Source: Acidimicrobiia bacterium
Lineage (GTDB): Bacteria; Actinomycetota; Acidimicrobiia; IMCC26256; JACDBD01
Reading direction: 5' to 3'
Length of the DNA stretch: 28,793 nucleotides
NCBI GenBank assembly: GCA_031177445.1
Contig: JAPSGP010000001.1
Span: forward strand, 1-28,793
Shown: one piece after another, positions 7,079 through 14,646 of the stretch
How the letters are laid out: the number at the start of each line of letters is the position of its first letter
Numbering within the stretch: position 1 is the first letter of the stretch
Made by a program: the position numbers and the translations under genes
The notes under the pieces: model-generated
Databases searched by the model: none
What the model saw: the letters and a program-made list of their open reading frames with translations, nothing else
What the model was told of the DNA's origin: nothing

Positions 7079-10000
7079 TCATCGGAGCTCGAGTCCTGCA
7101 CTCGTCGCGAGGTCGTGCGCCTGATCCACGACGCGGTGCATCCCCATCGCGCCGCCATCGGTGACACACTCGCGAAGCAGCTCGCGCAGCCGCGTGGTGT
7201 TCGTCGGATCACCATGACGGATCATGGCCAAGGCGTATTCGTACCTCCCGTGCACGCTCCAAGCGCGGCAGCCGACCTCGGCGTTGCGGGCCAGCGCTCG
7301 CTCGAAGTGCTCCTCGGCGAGGTCCCAGCGTCCGGCGGTCGCCGCGGCCGTGCCGAGCGGAAGCTCGGCTGATCCGATGGTGAGCGCGGGCATGCCCGCG
7401 GTCACGCAGAACTCGCGGTAGGGCAAGAGGAGCTCGTACAGCCGCGCCGAGCGCTCGCGTTCGCGCAGCGATGCGCAGGCCAAGATGAGGACGGCGATGC
7501 CGACGGTCCAGTTGGCATCCATCGGGAGCGCCTCGAAGTCGTTGGCGGCAAGGAGCTCGAAGTGGGGCCGGAGGTCTTCGATCCGGTCGAGCAGGCCATA
7601 GAGATAGACCAGTCCGGCCCGCCACGCCGGTATGAGCGGATACTGCTCCACCATCGCGGCGACCACCGGCTCGAGCGCCTCGAGCCCGCCGCGAGACCGC
7701 GCGAGCTCGACGTGTGTGACGCCATACATCTGCAACGACGTCTCGGACTGCGCCGCCTGCCCGTACGCCAGTGTCTCCTCGGCGAGCACGGCCGCCTCGT
7801 CGTAGTGACCGTCCATCATCACCCGGCAACACCGGTGCACGTTGGCCTGCCAGTAGTAGTCGGGACGGCGGAGCTCGTCCGCAATGGTCGACTCGATGGC
7901 CAGGACCTCGTCGGCGCGCTCGGTCTCGCCCAGCTCCATGAGATCGCCGAACGCCCACGATGCACCGCTGAACTCGAGCTCTCGGTTCCCCGCAACTCGG
8001 CCGTGCGACAGGATCTCCTCGGCAATCGCGAGTCGCTCACGCGCGTTGCCCGGCACCCACATCCCCCAATGGGCACTCCCCAGGACATACGCGATCGTGG
8101 CCGGATCCCCGAGGCGCCGGGCCATCGCGACCGCATCGTCGGTGAGTGCCCGTCGCCGCTCGCCGGCGCTCGGCTCGAAGTAGAGCTCGCCACCGAGGCG
8201 TGCCGCCACGTTGGCTCGAGCGGCAGAGTCGGTTGCCGGCAACACCTCGAGTGCCTCCTCGCAGAGCTCGACGAGCTCCGCGTTCACCAGCCCGGCCTCG
8301 GTCCACGCCCGTACCCCGCCGATGGCGAGCGCTGCCTCGGCGAGGAGCTCGGGCCGCCCGGTGTCGCGACCATGCTGCGCTGCCATGTAGGCGGCGCGGT
8401 GTCCCTCCTCCCGGTTCCCGGAAGCCTGGCGCGCCGCAGACAGCGCGACGAGCAGGTCGCCGCGGTGCTGCCGCTCGTCATCGCTCCGAGGTTCGAGCAC
8501 GGAGAGCGCCAGTTCGTAGAGGTTCGCCGCCTCCTCGTAGGCGAGGCGCTCGACGGCATGCTCGGCAGCTGCGGTCGCGTACCGGATCGCCTTCGGCGAC
8601 TCCCCGAGCCCGGCGGCCTCGCAGTAGTGCCGCGCCAGGCTCGGCAGGACGGCGTCGTCGCCAGTTTCGGCTCGTGGCTCGAGTGCCTTCGCGACGCGCC
8701 GATGGAGGCGCAACCGGCGGGTCGTCGGGATCTCTTCGTACAGCGTCGACCGGACGAGCGCATGTACGAACGTGAACTGCCCGTGCTTCTCTGTTGCTTC
8801 GACGAGCCGGGAACCTTCTGCGACTTCGAGCGCGTCGAGCACGACGTCGAGCCCGACTTCACTGGCCACCTCGAGCAGACTGGTGTCGAACTCGCGGCCG
8901 ATCACCGACGCGACCGCCAGGACCTCGTTCGTCGGGTCGTCGAGGGTCGCCAGACGGCGGCTGATCACCTCGCGCACGCCCTCGGGGATCCCGATGCGGG
9001 CGGCGCTCGGACTCCGAACCCACCGTCCGTCCTCCTGCCTCACCGCGCCCGACTCCACGAGGTGGCGGAGCACTTGGCCGACGAAGAACGGGTTGCCTTC
9101 GGTCTCCGCATACACGGCCCGGGCGAGCCCCACGATCTCCGCGTCGAGCGACTGCGAGGCGGCGACGCCGACGAACTCGGTGACCTCCTCCTCGTCGAGG
9201 CCACGCAGCACGATGCGCTCGACGGCTCCGTCCCGTCGCAGATCCGCCAGGATCTCGGAGAGTGGGTGGCGGCGGTCGAGCTCGGTGTCACGGTACGTGC
9301 CGATGACGAGGAGCGGTCGGTCGTTCTTCGATCGCACCAGGTGGCGAAGGAGCAGCAGCGTCGGCTTCGCGCCCCAATGCAGATCGTCGAGGACCACGAG
9401 GAGCGGAGTACCGGTCGCGATGCCGTCGAAGAAGCCGGTCACCGCCTCGAACAGCCGGTACCGCTCGGTCTCGGGATCGGCGCGCAGCGGCTCGGGAAGA
9501 TCGTGCAGGCGGGTGGCGAGCTCGGGGACGACGCGGGCGACATCGCCGCCGTACGCACCGACTTGGTCACCGAGGTCGTCCGGCACAGAGGCGACAACGT
9601 ACGAACGGAGGGCTTCCACGAACGGCTGATAGGGGACCGCGAGCTCCTCGTCGCACCGGCCGAAGAGCACTGTGGCTCCCTCGTCGTAGGCGCGACGGGC
9701 GATCTCGGCCGCGAGCCGCGTCTTTCCGACGCCGGGCTCGCCCGAGATGAGGATGGCGCGCTGCTCGCCTGTGCGTGAGTGCTTCCACGCCGACCAGAGC
9801 TGCTCGAGCTCTTCGACCCTGCCGACGAAGCCGACCGACGGCGCGCCGGCGAGTGCAGCGGGGAGCGGGATGCGGCCGCCGTCCTCCTCCCGCCACGTCA
9901 CTTCGGCCGCGGGAATCGGGGTCGTGAGGCCTTTGAGCTCGAGCTCGCCGACCGAACGGAAGTCGTGGCCGCCGCGAGTGCCGGCGAGCAGTCGCACGAT

Positions 10001-10414
10001 CTCGCTGACCAAGATCTGCCCACTCTGCGCGGCGTCGCACAGCCTGCGAGCTTCCACGACCGGCGTCCCGAAGCAGTCGTCGCCTTCCCATACGACGTCG
10101 CCTGCGCTGACGCCGAGGCGGATCGCTACCGGCGCGGGGGCGCGACGGCTCAGGCGGGCCATTCCGCGCTGCATGGTCTCGGCCGCGGCGACCGCCTGTT
10201 CAGCAGATCCGAACACGACCATGAGGCCGTCGCCGGTGCCCTTCACCTCACGACCGCTGTGTGCGGCGAGCGCCTCACGGAGGACTCGATCGTGCGATCG
10301 ACGAAGGTCGTCAGCCGCGTCGTCGCCGACTGCCTGGCGGAGCGCGGTGGAACCGACGAGGTCCGAGAACAGCACGGTCGCCGTCTCCGGGCGGCCCCCC
10401 ACCCCGGCGGTCAC
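7079..10414 (-). CDS. Class III adenylate/guanylate cyclase - STAND AAA ATPase - TPR-like protein (1111 aa)
   Basis: Cyclase motifs LFSDLVGST, VKGTGDG, DCFGTPVVEARRL; Walker A GEPGVGKT; Walker B VVLDDLHW; GNPFFV; FVHALVR; helical repeat C-terminus; no LuxR HTH seen. Confidence 0.93.
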   Translation of the reverse strand: MTAGVGGRPETATVLFSDLVGSTALRQAVGDDAADDLRRSHDRVLREALAAHSGREVKGTGDGLMVVFGSAEQAVAAAETMQRGMARLSRRAPAPVAIRLGVSAGDVVWEGDDCFGTPVVEARRLCDAAQSGQILVSEIVRLLAGTRGGHDFRSVGELELKGLTTPIPAAEVTWREEDGGRIPLPAALAGAPSVGFVGRVEELEQLWSAWKHSRTGEQRAILISGEPGVGKTRLAAEIARRAYDEGATVLFGRCDEELAVPYQPFVEALRSYVVASVPDDLGDQVGAYGGDVARVVPELATRLHDLPEPLRADPETERYRLFEAVTGFFDGIATGTPLLVVLDDLHWGAKPTLLLLRHLVRSKNDRPLLVIGTYRDTELDRRHPLSEILADLRRDGAVERIVLRGLDEEEVTEFVGVAASQSLDAEIVGLARAVYAETEGNPFFVGQVLRHLVESGAVRQEDGRWVRSPSAARIGIPEGVREVISRRLATLDDPTNEVLAVASVIGREFDTSLLEVASEVGLDVVLDALEVAEGSRLVEATEKHGQFTFVHALVRSTLYEEIPTTRRLRLHRRVAKALEPRAETGDDAVLPSLARHYCEAAGLGESPKAIRYATAAAEHAVERLAYEEAANLYELALSVLEPRSDDERQHRGDLLVALSAARQASGNREEGHRAAYMAAQHGRDTGRPELLAEAALAIGGVRAWTEAGLVNAELVELCEEALEVLPATDSAARANVAARLGGELYFEPSAGERRRALTDDAVAMARRLGDPATIAYVLGSAHWGMWVPGNARERLAIAEEILSHGRVAGNRELEFSGASWAFGDLMELGETERADEVLAIESTIADELRRPDYYWQANVHRCCRVMMDGHYDEAAVLAEETLAYGQAAQSETSLQMYGVTHVELARSRGGLEALEPVVAAMVEQYPLIPAWRAGLVYLYGLLDRIEDLRPHFELLAANDFEALPMDANWTVGIAVLILACASLRERERSARLYELLLPYREFCVTAGMPALTIGSAELPLGTAAATAGRWDLAEEHFERALARNAEVGCRAWSVHGRYEYALAMIRHGDPTNTTRLRELLRECVTDGGAMGMHRVVDQAHDLATSAGLELR

Positions 10415-10426
10415 GGGCTCATGGTA
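10415..10426 (-). promoter_or_regulatory. Leaderless -10 for cyclase-STAND gene
   Basis: Minus strand TACCAT-GAGCCC-GTG (TANNNT-N6-start); no SD. Confidence 0.6.
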
Positions 10427-10435
10427 GGGCGGCGG

Positions 10436-10449
10436 TACTGTCCGGCCTC
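10436..10449 (+). promoter_or_regulatory. Leaderless -10 for chaperone-like gene
   Basis: TACTGT-CCGGCCTC-GTG (TANNNT-N8-start); no SD. Confidence 0.5.
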
Positions 10450-10818
10450 GTGGAATCCCCCTCGGAGATCGCCGACGCGCTCGCAGAGCTCGTCCGCGGA
10501 AAGCACGACCTCGTGCTGTTCCGCTCGAGTCGCGACAACCGGCTCTGGGTCCAGGTCTCGCGCATCGACGGCGAGGACCGGCTGCTCTGCGAGGCGGTGA
10601 GCGACGAGTACGTCGGCCGGCACGAGCAGCTCACGGATCGCGTGCACACGCGACTCGCCGATCTCGGCTGGGGCGATGCCGCCGGCGCCGACTACACCCG
10701 CTGGGAGGCCGGCTCGACCGACGAGGAACGCGCCGCGCTGGCGGAGCTCGTGTGGCGAACGCTCGTCGAGGCGTACGGGCAGGACGCTAGCCAGCCGCCT
10801 TCGGTCGAGTATCCATGA
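10450..10818 (+). CDS. Small protein resembling TY-Chap (CesT/YbjN-like chaperone fold) domain (122 aa)
   Basis: Pattern WVQV...LLCEAVSDEYV...L.DLGW...AELVWRTLVEAYG recalls actinobacterial T3SS-chaperone-like domains; recognition by eye only; high-GC3 codon usage supports coding. Confidence 0.5.
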   Translation: MESPSEIADALAELVRGKHDLVLFRSSRDNRLWVQVSRIDGEDRLLCEAVSDEYVGRHEQLTDRVHTRLADLGWGDAAGADYTRWEAGSTDEERAALAELVWRTLVEAYGQDASQPPSVEYP

Positions 10819-10978
10819 GCGGGCGCGTCGCCGCGTTCGGGAATTCTCGGCGATCTCGCCGACGTTCGTCCCACTAGGCAGTGCCTCTGACCAGGCGTAT
10901 CGTCCGAAGTGGCAGTGCTCGTTTGGCGGCCGACTCACCACGGGGAGGCTGGAGGGCAACGGACGGAGGAGGGCTGCC

Positions 10979-11293
10979 GTGGCACACGCGATGGGACGGG
11001 ATCCGGCCCGGACACAAGCGGGCTTCGAGCGGGCGGAAGCGGTCGAGTCACTGGTCGAACCAGTCCACTACGACCACGCCACCGAGATCCGCGATCTCCT
11101 GAACATGGCCGACTTCCTCGCGCCCGAGGTGCACCGCGACCACGGCGCCGAGGAGGCGGCGGCCGAGATCGCCGAGTGGGCCGACCGGAATTCGGAGCTC
11201 TTGGCCGAAGCCGAGCGGCTCGCACGCCGCCGCCATCACGTCGACTCGGCGCAGATCCTGCATCTGGCGCAGAACTTCGCCCACGCCGCCTGA
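10979..11293 (+). CDS. Hypothetical helical, His/Glu-rich protein (104 aa)
   Basis: Strong SD GGAGGAGGG 5 nt before GTG 10979; coding-like codon usage; fills the gap between genes; no family recognised. Confidence 0.7.
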   Translation: MAHAMGRDPARTQAGFERAEAVESLVEPVHYDHATEIRDLLNMADFLAPEVHRDHGAEEAAAEIAEWADRNSELLAEAERLARRRHHVDSAQILHLAQNFAHAA

Positions 11294-11337
11294 GCTCCGG
11301 CGCGACGCTTTCCCGAATTCGCCGGCTGATCGTCGCT

Positions 11338-12270
11338 TCAGGACGCGAGCAGCTCGTCGACCTCGCCGCGCTCGGGCTCCGACACGGTCCAGGCAACGGT
11401 CGCGGCCGCATTGGCCCGCACCTGCTCGGGGGTCGTGGCACCCGCGATCACGGTGGCCACGATCGGGTTGCTCGCCAGCCACGACAGGGCGAGCTCCTGC
11501 AGCGTGTGGCCCTTGCCGCGAGCGAACGCGTCGAGCCGCTCCACCACCTCCATCTGCTCGTCGCCAAGCAGCTGCGCGCCCCGTTCGCCCCACGCTGCCA
11601 ACCGGGTCCCGGCCGGAGGCTCTTCCCCGCGCCGGTACTTCCCAGTGAGCAGCCCACTGGCGAGGGGGAAGTAGGGTGTGAGCGTCATCGCATGACGCTC
11701 GAGCGCCGGGATCACGTTCCGCTCGGGCCGCCGTTGGAGCAGGCTGTACTCGTTCTGCACATTCACGAAGGGACGCACGCCGCGCGCTGCCGCCTCGCCG
11801 GCAGCCTCGTCGATCAGCGCTGACGTGAAGTTGGAGCATCCGATCTCGCGCACCTTGCCGGCGGTCACGAGCGCGTCGAGTGCCTCGAGCGTGTCGCCGA
11901 TCGGCGTGTCCGTGTCCGGTTGGTGGAGGACGTAGAGGTCGATGCGATCGGTGCCGAGCCGGCGCAGGCTGTTCTCCGCGGCCCGTGGCACCCAGTCGGG
12001 GCTCCCGCCGGTCAGCCCATCCGGCGGCGCCATCATCCCGAACTTGGTGGCGATCACGACGTCGTCGCGCCGGGAGCCGAGGGCGCGTCCGAGATACTCC
12101 TCCGACTTCGTCCGCCCGTAGAGGTCGGCGGTGTCGAAGCACGTGATCCCGGCGTCGAGCGCCGCATGTACGACAGCCTGCGATCCAAGCTCGTCGATGC
12201 GCATGCCGAAGTTGTTGCATCCGAGCCCCGCGACCGAGACCGTGAGCTCGCCGAGTTGTCTCGATTCCAT
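11338..12270 (-). CDS. Aldo/keto reductase (310 aa)
   Basis: GLGCNNFG; catalytic tetrad in FDTADLYG (D,Y), ATKFG (K), LYVLHQPD (H); IGCSNF; PYFPLASGLLTGKY; IAGAT..EQV. Confidence 0.95.
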   Translation of the reverse strand: MESRQLGELTVSVAGLGCNNFGMRIDELGSQAVVHAALDAGITCFDTADLYGRTKSEEYLGRALGSRRDDVVIATKFGMMAPPDGLTGGSPDWVPRAAENSLRRLGTDRIDLYVLHQPDTDTPIGDTLEALDALVTAGKVREIGCSNFTSALIDEAAGEAAARGVRPFVNVQNEYSLLQRRPERNVIPALERHAMTLTPYFPLASGLLTGKYRRGEEPPAGTRLAAWGERGAQLLGDEQMEVVERLDAFARGKGHTLQELALSWLASNPIVATVIAGATTPEQVRANAAATVAWTVSEPERGEVDELLAS

Positions 12271-12282
12271 GGACGCAGCTTC
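12271..12282 (-). promoter_or_regulatory. Possible variant leaderless -10 (GAAGCT-N6-ATG) for AKR
   Basis: Minus strand GAAGCT-GCGTCC-ATG; no SD. Confidence 0.3.
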
Positions 12283-12302
12283 GCGCGGGCGCTCGTCCCG
12301 GT

Positions 12303-12314
12303 TAGCCTCCGGAC
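12303..12314 (+). promoter_or_regulatory. Leaderless -10 for cyclase-family hydrolase
   Basis: TAGCCT-CCGGAC-GTG (TANNNT-N6-start); no SD. Confidence 0.6.
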
Positions 12315-13274
12315 GTGAGCCCGCATCCGCGTTACCACGAGCTTCCCGACGGCTGTGCGTGGGATGTGCTCGATCCCGCGCTCGGGTCCCTGGAGCGGTT
12401 GACACCCGAACGGGTTGCGTCGGCGGGCAAGCTCGTGCGCACGGGCCGCCGGTTCTCGCTGAACCTTCCCCTCGACCTTCCCGACCCGCCGTTCTTCGGC
12501 CGTGAGGCGATGCGCCACGAGGTCTTCGACATGCTCCCGGGGCAAGTGCTCGACGACCGCCTCGACAACTTTTATCCGCAGGCCTCGACGCAGTGGGACA
12601 GCTTCGGGCACTACGCGCACGGGTCACGCGGCTTCTTCGGCGGGATCGACGCCGACGGGGTGAAGGCGGGCCGGCTCGGCATCGACGCGTGGGCGCGAAC
12701 CGGGATCGCCGGGCGAGGCGTGCTGCTCGACGTCGCGCGGCACAGCGAATCCACGGGCGAACCGCTGGCGGTCGACGAGGCCACCGTCGTGCCACCCGAG
12801 CTGCTGGCCAGCACGGCCGACGCTCAGGGCGTCGAGCTGCGCGAGGGCGACGTCCTCTGCGTGCGCCTGGGGTGGGTCACCTACTACCGCGGGCTCGACG
12901 AGGACGGTCGGATCGGGCTGTCGAACGGGAGCCGCGACTTCAGCTTCGAGCACTTCAAGATCCCGGGTCTCGGGCCCGGCCCAGCACTCGCCGAGTTCCT
13001 CTGGGACCACGGCGTCGCCGCGCTCGCGGTCGACAATCCGGGCGTCGAGCCGTTCCCGCCGTGGGTGGCGACCGGGGGCGAGATGGTGCCCGACGACGCC
13101 GTGCACACGCGCGTCCTCGCACTGCTCGGTATCCCGCTGGGCGAGTTCTTCGACTTCGACGCCCTCGCCGAGGACTGCGCGGCCGACGGGGTGTACGAGT
13201 TCCTGTTCACGAGTGCACCGCTGACGATCCCTGGCGGCATCGGCTCGCCGCCCAACGCGCTCGCGATCAAGTAG
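12315..13274 (+). CDS. Cyclase family (kynurenine formamidase-like) metal hydrolase (319 aa)
   Basis: QASTQWDSFGH, GIAGRGVLLDV, AVDNPGVE, GIPLGEFFDFDALAEDC and YEFLFTSAPL.IPGGIGSPPNALAIK are typical of this family. Confidence 0.9.
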   Translation: MSPHPRYHELPDGCAWDVLDPALGSLERLTPERVASAGKLVRTGRRFSLNLPLDLPDPPFFGREAMRHEVFDMLPGQVLDDRLDNFYPQASTQWDSFGHYAHGSRGFFGGIDADGVKAGRLGIDAWARTGIAGRGVLLDVARHSESTGEPLAVDEATVVPPELLASTADAQGVELREGDVLCVRLGWVTYYRGLDEDGRIGLSNGSRDFSFEHFKIPGLGPGPALAEFLWDHGVAALAVDNPGVEPFPPWVATGGEMVPDDAVHTRVLALLGIPLGEFFDFDALAEDCAADGVYEFLFTSAPLTIPGGIGSPPNALAIK

Positions 13275-13289
13275 GCGGGCCTGCTTCGC

Positions 13290-14159
13290 TCACGTTGCCC
13301 GGGCCGCCGCCAGGACAGCACGGGTGGCGTCGCCCACCCGCCGCGCGACCTCCACCGCCGGCAAGTCGTTGAGCTCGTCGGAGAACACCTCGACCCCGAT
13401 GGGGGCGCGACAGCCACCGTCGTCGAGCAGGCGCACGAGCCCGACGAGGTCGATGGCACCGTCGCCGGGGACGAGTCGCCGGTGCAAGGTCTCGTCGACG
13501 AGGTCGGCCTCGGCGGCGGCCGACGCGTCGTTGAGCTGGACGGCGATCACTCGCTCGCCCGGCACCTCCCCGAGCTGGTCGTCGCCGGCCTGGTTGCGGA
13601 ACTCGTGCCAGCTGTCGACGAGCACCCCGGCGTTGGGGCGGTCGGCGGTGCGCACGATCCGCCAGGCGGTGCGAGCGTCGGGCACCGACGACCACGGGAG
13701 GTACTCGAGATGCACGAGCAGCCCGTGTTCGGCGGCGCGATCGCAAAGGCCGGCGAACACCTCGGCGGCGGCGTCGAGCTCGAGCGGTTCCCCGGTGATC
13801 TCGACCGCGTTGAGCGACCGGGCACCGATGGCGTCGGCGACGTCGTAGAAGTCGTGCTCGGAGAACGCCACGAACGTCGCCCCGTCGTCGACCTCGGCTC
13901 CCGGCAGGTCGATCACCGGGCTCGCCGACCACGGCATCACCGCGTCGAGCTCGGCCACCACCAGCCCGTGGTCGTCGAGCAGGGTACGCAGGTCGGCGTC
14001 GGAGAGGTCTTCGTCGCGGCGGGCGCCGGCGTAGTCCTTGCCCCACAACGAGATCGCGGAGAACCCGCCGGCGGCGGCGGCCTCGACCCGTTCGCGAAAC
14101 CCGGCGGCCGGGATCGTGCCCGAGCACAGCACGAGGTCGTCCGGCCCCAGCTCGGCCAT
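13290..14159 (-). CDS. Sugar phosphate isomerase/epimerase, xylose-isomerase-like TIM barrel (289 aa)
   Basis: Metal ligands LEYLPWS (E), VDSWH (D,H), VQLND, R..PGDG.IDL, IGVEVFS (E). Confidence 0.9.
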   Translation of the reverse strand: MAELGPDDLVLCSGTIPAAGFRERVEAAAAGGFSAISLWGKDYAGARRDEDLSDADLRTLLDDHGLVVAELDAVMPWSASPVIDLPGAEVDDGATFVAFSEHDFYDVADAIGARSLNAVEITGEPLELDAAAEVFAGLCDRAAEHGLLVHLEYLPWSSVPDARTAWRIVRTADRPNAGVLVDSWHEFRNQAGDDQLGEVPGERVIAVQLNDASAAAEADLVDETLHRRLVPGDGAIDLVGLVRLLDDGGCRAPIGVEVFSDELNDLPAVEVARRVGDATRAVLAAARAT

Positions 14160-14164
14160 CGCAG

Positions 14165-14596
14165 CTACCGGCCCGACGGGGCGAGCGGCTCTGCCTGGTC
14201 GAGCGCGGGGCCGAACAGGAGCTCGAGCAGCCGGTCGCTGGCGTAGAGCCGTTCACCCGACAGCGCGGTCGAGCCGAACGTGAGGATCGCCATGACGGGA
14301 TGGCTCTCGCGGGTTCCGTCGGGAAGCTCGAAGTGAATGACGTACTCCTGGGCGAGCCCGTTGTCGTTCACCCATTCGTTGCGAAGCTCGTAGCCCGCGA
14401 TCATCGCCTTGACCCTGCCGAAGAAATGCTCGTAGTAGGCGCGCGCCGCGTCGCGCCCGCGGAAGGCAACACCACGCGGATGAAGCTCGTAGACCGGATC
14501 GTCTTCGAGCGTCGCCATCACCGTGTCGAAGTCATCGGCCGCCTCCGCCGCGGCGTGCGCATGCGCGATCTCGACGAGCTCGGGACGCGCGGACAC
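14165..14596 (-). CDS. SnoaL/NTF2-like protein (143 aa)
   Basis: HAAAEAADDFDTVMATL...FRGRDAARAYYEHFF...LSGERLY pattern; ends 5 nt upstream of the next gene. Confidence 0.8.
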   Translation of the reverse strand: MSARPELVEIAHAHAAAEAADDFDTVMATLEDDPVYELHPRGVAFRGRDAARAYYEHFFGRVKAMIAGYELRNEWVNDNGLAQEYVIHFELPDGTRESHPVMAILTFGSTALSGERLYASDRLLELLFGPALDQAEPLAPSGR

Positions 14597-14608
14597 AAGT
14601 CGACACTA
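14597..14608 (-). promoter_or_regulatory. Leaderless -10 for SnoaL-epimerase pair
   Basis: Minus strand TAGTGT-CGACTT-GTG (TANNNT-N6-start); no SD. Confidence 0.6.
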
Positions 14609-14646
14609 CGCCCATGCCGGTTCGCGTGCTCGCCGGCCGATCCGCT

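Noticed and set aside
7562-9778. 738-aa + strand ORF, and similar long ORFs such as 26454-28781 +, 20113-22128 -, 1206-2786 -, 5764-7164 +, 14888-16375 -
   Set aside because: Antisense or off-frame shadows of well-supported genes; stop-poor frames are expected at this GC; Arg/Pro/Gly-rich with no motifs.
7079-10414. Impression of more A/T-ending codons in the cyclase-STAND gene (recent acquisition)
   Set aside because: Not quantified; no flanking repeats, tRNA or mobility genes; needs a GC3/codon-usage calculation.
10411-10422. Micro-ORF ATG-AGC-CCG-TGA overlapping the cyclase GTG
   Set aside because: The ATG falls within the TACCAT -10 hexamer, upstream of the predicted TSS; better explained as promoter sequence.
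10921-10947. GTTT-N17-GGGGA as a second SigF promoter
   Set aside because: Mismatch in the conserved GGGTA box; a TANNNT candidate exists nearby.
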